A stretch of 16,220 nt of DNA from a bacterium. GTDB lineage: Bacteria > SZUA-182 > DTGQ01 > JAFGSM01. The notes under the pieces are model-generated. The model did no database searches. It saw only the letters and a list, made by a program, of their open reading frames with translations, and was not told the DNA's origin. The position numbers and the translations under genes were made by a program. This document shows positions 1 through 8,044 of this stretch, in pieces. How positions within the stretch are numbered: position 1 is the stretch's first letter; each line of letters starts with the position of its first letter. The stretch lies in assembly GCA_049472355.1 (NCBI GenBank), contig JBLIRP010000012.1:1-16220 (forward strand). Direction: 5' to 3'.

Positions 1-48
1 CTTGACCCTGGTGCGCTGATAGGGGATGTTTTCTCTCAGCCCGTTCAT
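1..48 (-). CDS. trpF: Phosphoribosylanthranilate isomerase, N-terminal 16 codons only (runs off window)
   Basis: Minus-strand ATG at 48 reads MNGLRENIPYQRTRVK. 'TRVK' matches the start of the TrpF N-terminal 'RVKICG' motif, and the gene follows trpC. Not in the ORF track. Confidence 0.7.
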   Translation of the reverse strand, partial: MNGLRENIPYQRTRVK

Positions 49-127
49 GGCGCGTAATGACCGATCTTCTGATCAGCCGGACAGAGGCGTATATGGTTCA
101 TCGCCGGGTCATCATTTATGCGTCGTA

Positions 128-934
128 TCACTTTTTTCTCATGCCGGACACCCTGGTCAGGCTCCGGATCAACTCCATGAGGTGGGGGGCGGTCACCAGC
201 GCCTCTCCCACCAGGATCCCCTTCACCCCCCAGGAGGCCACACGTTTTGCCTCGCTGATCCCCCTGATGCCGCTCTCGCTGATAACGAGGAGTTCCTTCG
301 GGAGAAGGGAAGCCAGGCGAAAGGTGGTCTCCAGATCAACCCGGAAGGTGGCGAGATCACGGTTGTTGATGCCGATAATGCGGGCCCCCGAGTCCACAGC
401 CCGTGGAATCTCCTCTTCTGCGTGAATCTCCACCAGTGGCTGCATCCCCAGCTCCCGGGCCACGTCAGCCAGTTCACGGATCTCGCTCGGGCAGAGAACC
501 GCAGCGATGAGCAGCACCGCATCCGCCCCCCATGCCCGGGCCTCGTACACCTGGAAGGGGTGGATGATGAAGTCCTTCCTGAGAATGGGCAGGGTGCAGG
601 CTGCCCGGGCCCTGGCCAGGTCCTCCAGGCTCCCCCGGAAATACTCCTCCTCGGTAAGCACGGAAAGGGCCGAAGCACCGAATTTCTGGTATGCCGCAGC
701 CTGGGATTCCGCATCCAGGTCCTTCCGCATGGTGCCCTTTGAAGGGGACGCCCGTTTTATCTCCGCAATCAGCGACAGGTGCGTGGAATCGGCGAGGGCG
801 CCGTAAAAGTCCCGGGGGGGTGGTGCTGCAAGTGCCTTCGCCCTGACGGCGTCAAGCCCGGGGTCGGCCGCAACGGCGGCATCCACTCGCTGCCGCGTGG
901 TGTGAAGGATTCTGCCCAGAAACGACTGTTTCAT
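128..934 (-). CDS. trpC: Indole-3-glycerol phosphate synthase
   Basis: Motifs IAEIKRASPSKG, LSVLTEEEYFRGS, PILRKDFII, IIGINNRDL, ISESGI, ILVGEAL. True start is ATG 934 (MKQSFLGRIL), overlapping the trpD stop as ATGA. Confidence 0.96.
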   Translation of the reverse strand: MKQSFLGRILHTTRQRVDAAVAADPGLDAVRAKALAAPPPRDFYGALADSTHLSLIAEIKRASPSKGTMRKDLDAESQAAAYQKFGASALSVLTEEEYFRGSLEDLARARAACTLPILRKDFIIHPFQVYEARAWGADAVLLIAAVLCPSEIRELADVARELGMQPLVEIHAEEEIPRAVDSGARIIGINNRDLATFRVDLETTFRLASLLPKELLVISESGIRGISEAKRVASWGVKGILVGEALVTAPHLMELIRSLTRVSGMRKK

Positions 935-1953
935 GGCTGCGATGCCGTGAGGGGGATCATCCGGCGCAACCCCTCCAGCTTGTCCATTGCCGCACCCGAA
1001 TCGACGCTCTCCTGCGCCTTGCGGATTCCCTGCGCCAGGTCGTCCGCCAGGTCCGCCACATAAATGGCGGCGCCTGCGTTGAAAAGACAGATATCCCGCT
1101 TGGGCCCTCCTTCCCCGCCGAGTATGGCCGTGCACAGCCGGGCGTTTTCCTGTGCCTCCCCGCCCTTGAGGTCGCTTGGGCGTGCCAGGGAAAACCCGAA
1201 TTCCACGGGATTAATCTCGTAGGTGACAATCCGGCCCTGCTTCAACTCCGTGACCCTGGTGGGTCCGGTGGTGGTGATCTCGTCGAGACCGTCCATGCCG
1301 TGGACGACCATGACATGCTCGCTTCCCAGGTTTTTAAGGACCATGGCCATGGTCTCGGTGAGCTCCGGGGCATACACGCCGATCAACTGGGCCTTTGCCC
1401 CTGCCGGATTGGTCATGGGGCCCAGGACATTGAACACCGTCCGGACCCCGATCTCCCGCCGGGGTCCGATGGCGTATTTCATGGAGGCGTGGAGCAGGGG
1501 TGCAAACAGGAACCCGATGCCCATCTCGTTGAGGCATCGCTCCACCTCCTCCACCGGCGCGGTGATATTGATCCCCAGGGCCTGGAGGCAGTCCGCGCTC
1601 CCGCAACTGCTCGAAACCGACCGGTTGCCGTGCTTGGCCACCATGGCACCCGCTCCGGCGGCAATGAAGGCGGAAGCCGTGGAGATATTGAAGGTGCGGG
1701 CCCCGTCGCCGCCGGTTCCGCAGGTGTCGATGACCGGCCCTTGCGCCTTCAGGTGGGTGGCCTTTTCCCGCATGATTTCGGTGAAACCCGTGATCTCGTC
1801 CACGGTTTCCCCCTTCATGCGCAGCGCCGTGATGAATGAAGCGATCTGGGCGTCCGTTGCATTGCCGCTCATGATCTCATCCATCGTCAAGGCCGCCTCC
1901 TCCCGGGAAAGGTCCTTGCCGGTAACGGCCTTTGTAATCGCCTCTTTAATCAT
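931..1953 (-). CDS. trpD: Anthranilate phosphoribosyltransferase
   Basis: DTCGTGGDG, FNISTA, KHGNRSVSSSCGSAD, RTVFNVLGP, GLDEIT motifs; AGAGGAG RBS upstream. Confidence 0.97.
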   Translation of the reverse strand: MIKEAITKAVTGKDLSREEAALTMDEIMSGNATDAQIASFITALRMKGETVDEITGFTEIMREKATHLKAQGPVIDTCGTGGDGARTFNISTASAFIAAGAGAMVAKHGNRSVSSSCGSADCLQALGINITAPVEEVERCLNEMGIGFLFAPLLHASMKYAIGPRREIGVRTVFNVLGPMTNPAGAKAQLIGVYAPELTETMAMVLKNLGSEHVMVVHGMDGLDEITTTGPTRVTELKQGRIVTYEINPVEFGFSLARPSDLKGGEAQENARLCTAILGGEGGPKRDICLFNAGAAIYVADLADDLAQGIRKAQESVDSGAAMDKLEGLRRMIPLTASQP

Positions 1954-1996
1954 GCCCGTTCTCCTCTACAGCGAATGTTCAGCGGGAGCACATGCC

Positions 1997-2554
1997 TCAG
2001 ATAAAGTTTCTCAACAGGTCCTTCCCGCACCGGGTCAGTATGGACTCCGGGTGGAACTGGACCCCCTCGATGGGGAATTCCCGGTGGCGGATGCCCATGA
2101 TCTCCTCCTGGTCGGTGCGGGAGGTCACCTCGAGACACTCCGGCAGGGTCGCGGGATCAACAATAAGCGAGTGGTAGCGGGTTGCCTCGAAGGGATTGGG
2201 GAGTCCATGGTACACCCCCTTGCCGTCATGGTGGATGAGGGATGTCTTGCCGTGCATGAGCCGCCGTGCCCGAACGATCTTAGCGCCGAAGGTATGACCG
2301 ATGCACTGGTGACCGAGGCATACCCCCAGCAGGGGGATCTTCGGACCGAATTCCCGTATGACCTCGTTTGATATGCCGGCCTCAAGCGGTGTGCACGGGC
2401 CCGGTGAAATGATGATCCGCTCCGGTTTGAGCCGCGCGATCGCCTCGATGGTGATCCGGTCGTTTCTGAACACGCGCACCTGCTCACCCAGCTCGCCGAG
2501 GTACTGGACGAGGTTGTAGGTAAAGGAGTCATAATTGTCGATCATCAGAATCAT
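1997..2554 (-). CDS. trpG: Anthranilate synthase component II (glutamine amidotransferase, TrpG/PabA family)
   Basis: [48 protein letters not shown]; lies between trpE and trpD. Confidence 0.95.
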   Translation of the reverse strand: MILMIDNYDSFTYNLVQYLGELGEQVRVFRNDRITIEAIARLKPERIIISPGPCTPLEAGISNEVIREFGPKIPLLGVCLGHQCIGHTFGAKIVRARRLMHGKTSLIHHDGKGVYHGLPNPFEATRYHSLIVDPATLPECLEVTSRTDQEEIMGIRHREFPIEGVQFHPESILTRCGKDLLRNFI

Positions 2555-2623
2555 GGCACGTTCACCTCGTCAAGGCACACCAGTGGGTCCGCGCCGTTTT
2601 CCCGAAATTCGGCATTCCCGTAT

Positions 2624-4171
2624 TCAGTCGCCGTGCTGCGCACTTCCCCCTTTGCCTCCCTCTGCCAGTCGAATGGCCTCCACCATGGCGCCCGCCTTGT
2701 TGATCGTTTCCCGGAATTCCTTATCCGGGTCGGAGTCAGCCACGATCCCTGCGCCTGCCTGGATATATGCCTGTCCATCCTTCACCACCACGGTCCTGAT
2801 GGTGATGCAGGTATCCATATTCCCGGAGAAGCTGAAATAGCCCACCGCGCCCGCATACGCCCCCCTGATGCTCGGCTCGGTTTCCTCGATGATCTCCATG
2901 GCCCGGATCTTGGGTGCGCCGGTCACCGTACCTGCCGGAAAACAGGCGACGAGGCAGTCATAGGGGTCCTTGTCCGGGCTGATCCTCCCGGTAACCTGCG
3001 ACACGATGTGCATGACGTGTGAATAGCGCTCTATGGTCATGAGCTCCGGGCACCGCACCGATCCGTATTCGCATACCCTGCCCATGTCATTCCGGGCAAG
3101 GTCCACCAGCATGATGTGCTCTGCACGCTCCTTGGGATCGGCGAGGAGCTCTTCCGCAAGGCGCCGGTCCTCCTCCTCCGTTGCCCCCCTCCAGCGGGTG
3201 CCGGCGATGGGCCTTTCCTCCACCGCGCCTTCCTCCACCCTGACCATGAGCTCCGGTGAGGAACCGATGATGTTGAGCCCGTGGTGCTTCAGAAGGAACA
3301 TGTACGGGGAGGGATTGATGAGGCGCAGGGACCGGTAGATGTCGAAGGGGTCGCACGAGATGGTGGTGGAGAACCGCTGGGACAGAACCACCTGGATGAT
3401 GTCGCCCGCGGCGATGTACTCCTTGGCCTGCTGCACTGCGCGCTTGAAGTCCGCCGGCTCGAAGTTCGATCGCAGGGGAAGAGGGGCTGCCACCGGCTCT
3501 TCCAGCAGTGAGATTGGGGGAAGCGGTTGTTTCAGGTCGTGGATGATGCCGTCGATCCGCGCGACCGCATCCTCATAGGCTCGATCGATGGCCTTGGTGC
3601 TCATATCCCCGCCGCCGTCCGGTTGATCGAGGTATGCATGGGAGAGCACCTTGATCCTGTTGGTCATGTGGTCGAAGATAAGGAGGGTGTCGGTGATGAA
3701 GAAGAGGCACTCCGGGAGATGCAGCACGTCCGGCGCCCTTTCGGGTAATCGCTCCTCATAGCGGACCATGTCATAGCCCAGGTATCCCACTGCGCCGCCG
3801 ATAAACCGGGGCAGCCCCTCCACGGCGACAGGGCGGTACCGGGACATGAGGTCCCTGAGGAGAAAGAGGGGATTCCTCCCCCCTGCATGCATCTTTTCCT
3901 CATGTGCCGTGGGCTTATGATATCCCCCCCGGATGGTGACGCCCTCCCGGTCCGCCTGGAACACCTGCACCGGATTGGTGCCCAGAAAGGAGTATCGTGC
4001 GATCCTTTCCCCGCCTACCACGCTTTCCAGGAGAAAGGAGGATGCATGGCGGTCGATCTTTTTGAATGCGGAAACCGGTGTCTCGGTATCCGCGCACAGA
4101 TCCCGGTAGATCGGAATGAGGTTCCCCTTGCAGGCAAGGGATCGAAACTGTTCAGGATCAGGATGATACAT
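2624..4171 (-). CDS. trpE: Anthranilate synthase component I
   Basis: FLLES and NPSPYM feedback-site motifs, [48 protein letters not shown]. Confidence 0.96.
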   Translation of the reverse strand: MYHPDPEQFRSLACKGNLIPIYRDLCADTETPVSAFKKIDRHASSFLLESVVGGERIARYSFLGTNPVQVFQADREGVTIRGGYHKPTAHEEKMHAGGRNPLFLLRDLMSRYRPVAVEGLPRFIGGAVGYLGYDMVRYEERLPERAPDVLHLPECLFFITDTLLIFDHMTNRIKVLSHAYLDQPDGGGDMSTKAIDRAYEDAVARIDGIIHDLKQPLPPISLLEEPVAAPLPLRSNFEPADFKRAVQQAKEYIAAGDIIQVVLSQRFSTTISCDPFDIYRSLRLINPSPYMFLLKHHGLNIIGSSPELMVRVEEGAVEERPIAGTRWRGATEEEDRRLAEELLADPKERAEHIMLVDLARNDMGRVCEYGSVRCPELMTIERYSHVMHIVSQVTGRISPDKDPYDCLVACFPAGTVTGAPKIRAMEIIEETEPSIRGAYAGAVGYFSFSGNMDTCITIRTVVVKDGQAYIQAGAGIVADSDPDKEFRETINKAGAMVEAIRLAEGGKGGSAQHGD

Positions 4172-4213
4172 GCGGTCCTCAATACATCGGGCATTTGCGG
4201 ATAATAGAAAAAA

Positions 4214-4230
4214 TAATAATGGAATTATTA
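4214..4230. promoter_or_regulatory. Inverted repeat, putative operator over the trp transcription start
   Basis: TAATAAT-GGA-ATTATTA, a perfect 7-3-7 inverted repeat just downstream of the -10. Confidence 0.4.
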
Positions 4231-4231
4231 A

Positions 4232-4260
4232 ATTATATGTGTTTATCTTCCAAAAAACAA
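4232..4260 (-). promoter_or_regulatory. Putative sigma70 promoter of the trp operon
   Basis: Minus strand TTGTTT (4260-4255), 17-nt spacer, TATAAT (4237-4232) in an AT-rich patch ~60 nt upstream of trpE. Confidence 0.6.
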
Positions 4261-4310
4261 GGGCTGGAAAGGGGTGGGTTCAGGGTGCGGGGGGCTTCAG
4301 TCCGCGAACA

Positions 4311-4829
4311 TCACAGGAGCGGTTCCACGTCGATGCTTTTCAACTCCACCGACAGTGATCGCTGGAGCAAGTCCACCGACACCACCAGCTTATTTTTCCC
4401 CGGATCGGTCTTGACCAGGATCCCCTCCACCCCGGTGAGGGGCCCGTTCACGATCCGCACCCTTTGGCCGATTTTGAGGTAGGGGAACGGATTCAACATG
4501 ACATCGTTGTTGAGGAGTATGCGGATCGAATCGATCTGTTCATCGGGGATGGGCACCGGTTCGTTCTGGTTTCCCACGATCCGTGCCACCCCCGGGGTCT
4601 TGAGGACATGGAGCCAGGTATACTTGTCGAGGTGGACATTGATGAAGAGGTATCCGTTGAACAGGGGGACCCTGATCCGCTTCTTCCGGTCCTTTCTTGT
4701 GCTCCACTTCTCTATCTTGGGAAGAAACACGGGGATCTCCTTGGCGGCAAGGCGCATGTGCACCATGTCCTCGTGCCTGCTGCTGGTATGCACCGCATAC
4801 CATTTGAAAAAATCCGCGTCCGTATCCAT
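4311..4829 (-). CDS. NusG-paralog transcription antiterminator (UpxY/LoaP/RfaH-like; NGN + KOW domains)
   Basis: WYAVHT..RHE, VFLP..EKWSTRKDRKKRIRVPLFNGYLF, TPGVARIVG, P-PIPDEQI, KOW GQRVRIVNGPLTGVEG, LVVSVDLLQRSLSVE; AAGGAG RBS. Confidence 0.9.
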   Translation of the reverse strand: MDTDADFFKWYAVHTSSRHEDMVHMRLAAKEIPVFLPKIEKWSTRKDRKKRIRVPLFNGYLFINVHLDKYTWLHVLKTPGVARIVGNQNEPVPIPDEQIDSIRILLNNDVMLNPFPYLKIGQRVRIVNGPLTGVEGILVKTDPGKNKLVVSVDLLQRSLSVELKSIDVEPLL

Positions 4830-4879
4830 CCTGCTCCTTTTCCTGCGGCTTTATGAAGGAGATACGAAAAAAATTCATA

Positions 4880-4919
4880 TGCAGCGTATATTGTAGCGTA
4901 TATACGCCGGATTTTGCAA
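4880..4919 (-). promoter_or_regulatory. Putative sigma70 promoter of the antiterminator gene with overlapping repeat/palindrome
   Basis: Minus strand TTGCAA (4919-4914), 18-nt spacer, TACAAT (4895-4890). Tandem TGYAGCGTATAT x2 at 4880-4903 and palindrome GCGTATATACGC at 4896-4907. Confidence 0.5.
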
Positions 4920-4945
4920 AGTGGGCAATCACGCCCGGTGCTCCG

Positions 4946-5194
4946 TCACTCGATATCCGCCGGCATGGCCCTCTGCTCCCCTGACTCGTCCCTGGTGAGC
5001 ATCTCGATCTTCTTTTCGGCCATCTCCAGCCTTTTGTTGCACAGACGCGCGAGCTTTATCCCCTCCTCGAACAGCCGGAGCGCATCCTCGAGTCCCGGTT
5101 CCCCCGATTCCAGTTGGTGGACGATCTCTTCAAGCCTCTTGAGTGCCTTTTCGAAATTCAATGCATCCCGTTCCCCTTTTGAATCCTTCTGCAT
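4946..5194 (-). CDS. xseB: Exodeoxyribonuclease VII small subunit
   Basis: LNFEKALKRLEEIVHQLESGE..LEDALRLFEEGIKLARLC...L..AEKKIEML. Start placed at ATG 5194 behind AAAGGGGG; an in-frame ATG at 5284 is an alternative. Confidence 0.94.
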   Translation of the reverse strand: MQKDSKGERDALNFEKALKRLEEIVHQLESGEPGLEDALRLFEEGIKLARLCNKRLEMAEKKIEMLTRDESGEQRAMPADIE

Positions 5195-5294
5195 CGTTCC
5201 CCCTTTCCTGCCCGTGGATGATTGACTGAAGAATTCCCTGCACACTACGTGCGCGGCATCCGGCGCCACACCGGCCCGGGACATCTCACGCCGG

Positions 5295-6665
5295 TCACTC
5301 GGACCCCTCGTTCGGCTCCCCCCGCTGCTTCACCTCGCACACCGCCCCTCCGCGGTGAAACCTGAGCCGGACCAGGTCTCCCGCTCCCAGGTCCGCCGAC
5401 GTGCGCACGATCCTCTCATCCGGGAGCCTCCAGCACAGGGAATAGCCTCGCTTCAGCACGCCCAGGGGGCTCAGGGCGTCCAGCGCCCCCATGGCGGCGG
5501 CAAGGGCCTGCCTGCGCTGGTGCATTATCGTCCGCATCAGGGAGCCGAGCCTTCGCTCGTGTTCCCCGACACACGCACGGAGCGTTGTCAGCGTCTGGGA
5601 GGGATGGAGCCTCGCCAGGAGCCGTTCCGCATGGATCGTCCTCTCCCGGCACCTTGCCGTGCACAGCGACATCGCCCGTAACAGCCTCGTTTCCTGCTCG
5701 TCGACCGATTCCTGGGTGCTGCGAATGAACGACAGAGGATCCCGGAATGCCCGGCCCTCGGTGAGATGACGGACCCGGGTGCGGCTCATCTCGACCCGGT
5801 GCATGACCACCTGCAGCAGCCTTTTTCCCAGGGTGGCGAGGTGCTCCTCCAACTGCTGTCTGTGCTGAACAACCAACTCGGCTGCTGCGGAAGGAGTGGG
5901 CGCCCGGAGGTCCGCCACGAAATCGCTGATGGTGTAGTCGATCTCATGTCCCACCGCGGAGATCACCGGCACGCGGCAGGAAAAAATCGCCCGCGCCACC
6001 ACCTCCTCGTTGAAGGACCAGAGGTCCTCGATGGACCCGCCGCCCCGGGCGAGGATGATGACCTCCACGCCGGGCTGCACCTCCAGTTCGCGAATGGCCT
6101 GGGCGATCTCCTGTGCGGCCCCTTCCCCCTGCACGCGGACCGGGTTGATCAGTACCCGCACCGCAGCAAACCTGCGTTCCAGGATGTTCAGGATATCCCT
6201 GATCGCCGCGCCGGTCGGTGAGGTGACGATCCCGATCCGCTCCGGCCAGAAGGGGATGGGCCTCTTCCGCCCCTGTTCGAAGAGACCCTCCTTGGCAAGG
6301 CGCTCCTTGAGCTGCTCAAACGCCTTCTGAAGGGCACCGGAACCGAGGGGTTCCAGGTAGTCACACATGAGCTGGTACTCGCCCCTGCGATCGTACACCG
6401 TGATCTTCCCCCGGGCCAGTATGCTCATGCCGTCCTCCGGCTGGAACCGGAGGAATCGCTGATTCCCCTTGAACAGCACGCACCGAAGCTGTGCCTGCTG
6501 ATCCTTGAGCATGAAGTAGACATGGCCGGAGGAGGGTACCCTGAGGTCGCTCACCTCCCCCTCCACCCAGACCTCGAAAAACTCCTCCTCGAGGCGGCCC
6601 CGGATGAGCGCGGTAAGCTGGCTGACCGTATAAGCGCGTGCGTTGATACTGCCGAGGACATTCAT
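5295..6665 (-). CDS. xseA: Exodeoxyribonuclease VII large subunit
   Basis: TVSQLT, VWVEGEVS, SGHVYFMLKD, IGIVTSPTGAAIRDI, ARGGGSIEDLWSFNEE, ISAVGHEID, RAPTPSAAAE, LSPLGVLKRGYS. Confidence 0.97.
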   Translation of the reverse strand: MNVLGSINARAYTVSQLTALIRGRLEEEFFEVWVEGEVSDLRVPSSGHVYFMLKDQQAQLRCVLFKGNQRFLRFQPEDGMSILARGKITVYDRRGEYQLMCDYLEPLGSGALQKAFEQLKERLAKEGLFEQGRKRPIPFWPERIGIVTSPTGAAIRDILNILERRFAAVRVLINPVRVQGEGAAQEIAQAIRELEVQPGVEVIILARGGGSIEDLWSFNEEVVARAIFSCRVPVISAVGHEIDYTISDFVADLRAPTPSAAAELVVQHRQQLEEHLATLGKRLLQVVMHRVEMSRTRVRHLTEGRAFRDPLSFIRSTQESVDEQETRLLRAMSLCTARCRERTIHAERLLARLHPSQTLTTLRACVGEHERRLGSLMRTIMHQRRQALAAAMGALDALSPLGVLKRGYSLCWRLPDERIVRTSADLGAGDLVRLRFHRGGAVCEVKQRGEPNEGSE

Positions 6666-6946
6666 CCTGTATCCCCTGGGTGATTCCCCCGATGATTTTG
6701 TCTAAGGTCATGAGTCCATCAATAGTATAGTTATACCATAAAATGCATAAAATGTGGTGCCCGTGACAGTCGCAGGGATTCGGACTGTCCGGCCCCATGC
6801 GCCCGCAAAATCTTGTCAGGAGAAGCGAGCCTGGAAGATGAGAAAGGCCTTCCCGTCCGGCGGAGGAATACGTCCGCCCATACTCGTCCTCTTTTACCGA
6901 GGCATCGAGGTTTGCTATGATAATTACCGGATTGTGCCGCATGCTA

Positions 6947-6976
6947 TTGTCTGGGAAGGACCATCTCGTGTATACT
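6947..6976 (+). promoter_or_regulatory. Putative sigma70 promoter of the MOSC-feoA-feoB unit
   Basis: TTGTCT (6947-6952), 18-nt spacer, TATACT (6971-6976); predicted start near 6983. Confidence 0.5.
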
Positions 6977-6985
6977 AATCGGGAT

Positions 6986-7071
6986 GCATAAGGGCACTCA
7001 AGGTGGTGCGGTTTCGCGAGCAGGCCGGGGCCTTTATGCTATGCCTGCGCAACAAGCGGCGTTCGGGGACA
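6986..7071 (+). ncRNA. Candidate structured cis-regulatory leader (unclassified)
   Basis: 10-bp stem GCATAAGGGC (6986-6995) / GCCTTTATGC (7030-7039, one G-U), plus a competing GCAGGC/GCCTGC stem, ending at the likely SD GGGGAC. Confidence 0.35.
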
Positions 7072-7074
7072 ACA

Positions 7075-7629
7075 ATGGGCAATGAAAAAGACACCCGTAA
7101 CGACGGCAACGCCCCATCAGCGGACGAAGGCCCCCTCAGGGGCACGGTTGTCGGGGTGGCGGTCGGGGAGAGGCGGGGGGCCGGCAAGACACAGGTGCCC
7201 TTCATCGACCTGCAGGAGGGCCACGGGGTCCTCGGTGACGGCCACGCGGGAACTGAAAAGCAGGTCAGCCTCGCGGCAACGGAGGATATCGAGCATATGA
7301 ACCGGACCCACGGCCTCCATGCCGGGGTGGGCGATTTTGCGGAAAACATCGCCACGCGCGGTATCGACCTCATGACGCTTTCACCCGGGGATGATCTCCG
7401 GGTGGGACCGGCACTTCTCAGGGTCGTCCGTAAGGGCAAGACCCCCGAGGAGATGAAAGACCACGCCTTTTCATTCAAGGGGCATGTCCTGCTGCCTACA
7501 CGGGGCCTGTTCTGCCGGGTGGTCAAGGGAGGGCGGGTGAGGGCAGGGGATACCGTTTCGGTGGTGGGGAAGTCGCAGCATTTTCCCCCCGCCGGGGAAA
7601 GGAACGAGGATAACACGACGGAACCATGA
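7075..7629 (+). CDS. MOSC domain-containing protein (Cys-motif-deficient variant)
   Basis: G.VVGV....RG.GK, G..GDGHAG...QVSL, GDFAENI.T.GIDL..L..GD.LRVG, LP.RGLFCRVVKGG.V..GD.V pattern of small stand-alone MOSC proteins. Start uncertain (7003/7036/7075). Confidence 0.82.
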   Translation: MGNEKDTRNDGNAPSADEGPLRGTVVGVAVGERRGAGKTQVPFIDLQEGHGVLGDGHAGTEKQVSLAATEDIEHMNRTHGLHAGVGDFAENIATRGIDLMTLSPGDDLRVGPALLRVVRKGKTPEEMKDHAFSFKGHVLLPTRGLFCRVVKGGRVRAGDTVSVVGKSQHFPPAGERNEDNTTEP

Positions 7630-7892
7630 ACGATGATGAAAAGCGGATCATCCCCCTTATAAAGATGACTGAAAACCAGGAAGGGATCATTCATGCCCTG
7701 GAGGGAGGAGGGCAATTTCAGACCCGTCTCCAGGCACTGAATATACGCATTGGAAAGCGCGTCAAAAAGATTAGCGCCACGCCGTTTCGCGGCCCGGTGG
7801 TGATCGAGGTGGAGAGGTCCAAGGTGGCCATAGGTCACGGCATGGCGCAGAAGGTGTTGGTCGCGGTCAGCGACCGGAAGCCTCGCCCATGA
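7626..7892 (+). CDS. feoA: Ferrous iron transport protein A
   Basis: SH3-like FeoA pattern L..M......G.I..L.GG..FQTRLQALNIRIGK.V......PFRGPVVIEV....VAIGHGMAQKVLV; ATGA overlap with the MOSC gene. Confidence 0.92.
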   Translation: MNDDEKRIIPLIKMTENQEGIIHALEGGGQFQTRLQALNIRIGKRVKKISATPFRGPVVIEVERSKVAIGHGMAQKVLVAVSDRKPRP

Positions 7893-8044
7893 GCGAGGTC
7901 CCAGGCGCACCCGAAGCGAGCCATACAGGCAACGGTAACTGGAAGGGGCAACATAGTAGCTCCGCTGCGCTTCGCCTGACAAGTCTTGTTGGCGCACCCC
8001 CCTCCCCGTACGATGTTGAGCGCTTGCATGCGGGGGACCGATAG

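Noticed and set aside
935..1135. N-terminal extension of the 335-aa trpC ORF
   Set aside because: Overlaps trpD in another frame; TrpC similarity begins at ATG 934.
26..2371. Long plus-strand ORFs (26-742, 1223-2371, 1300-1839)
   Set aside because: Antisense shadows of trpC/trpD/trpG in GC-rich DNA; no recognisable motifs.
6361..7997. Minus-strand ORFs 6361-6942 and 6975-7997
   Set aside because: The first overlaps xseA out of frame and its promoter region; the second is antisense to MOSC/feoA. Neither has family signatures.
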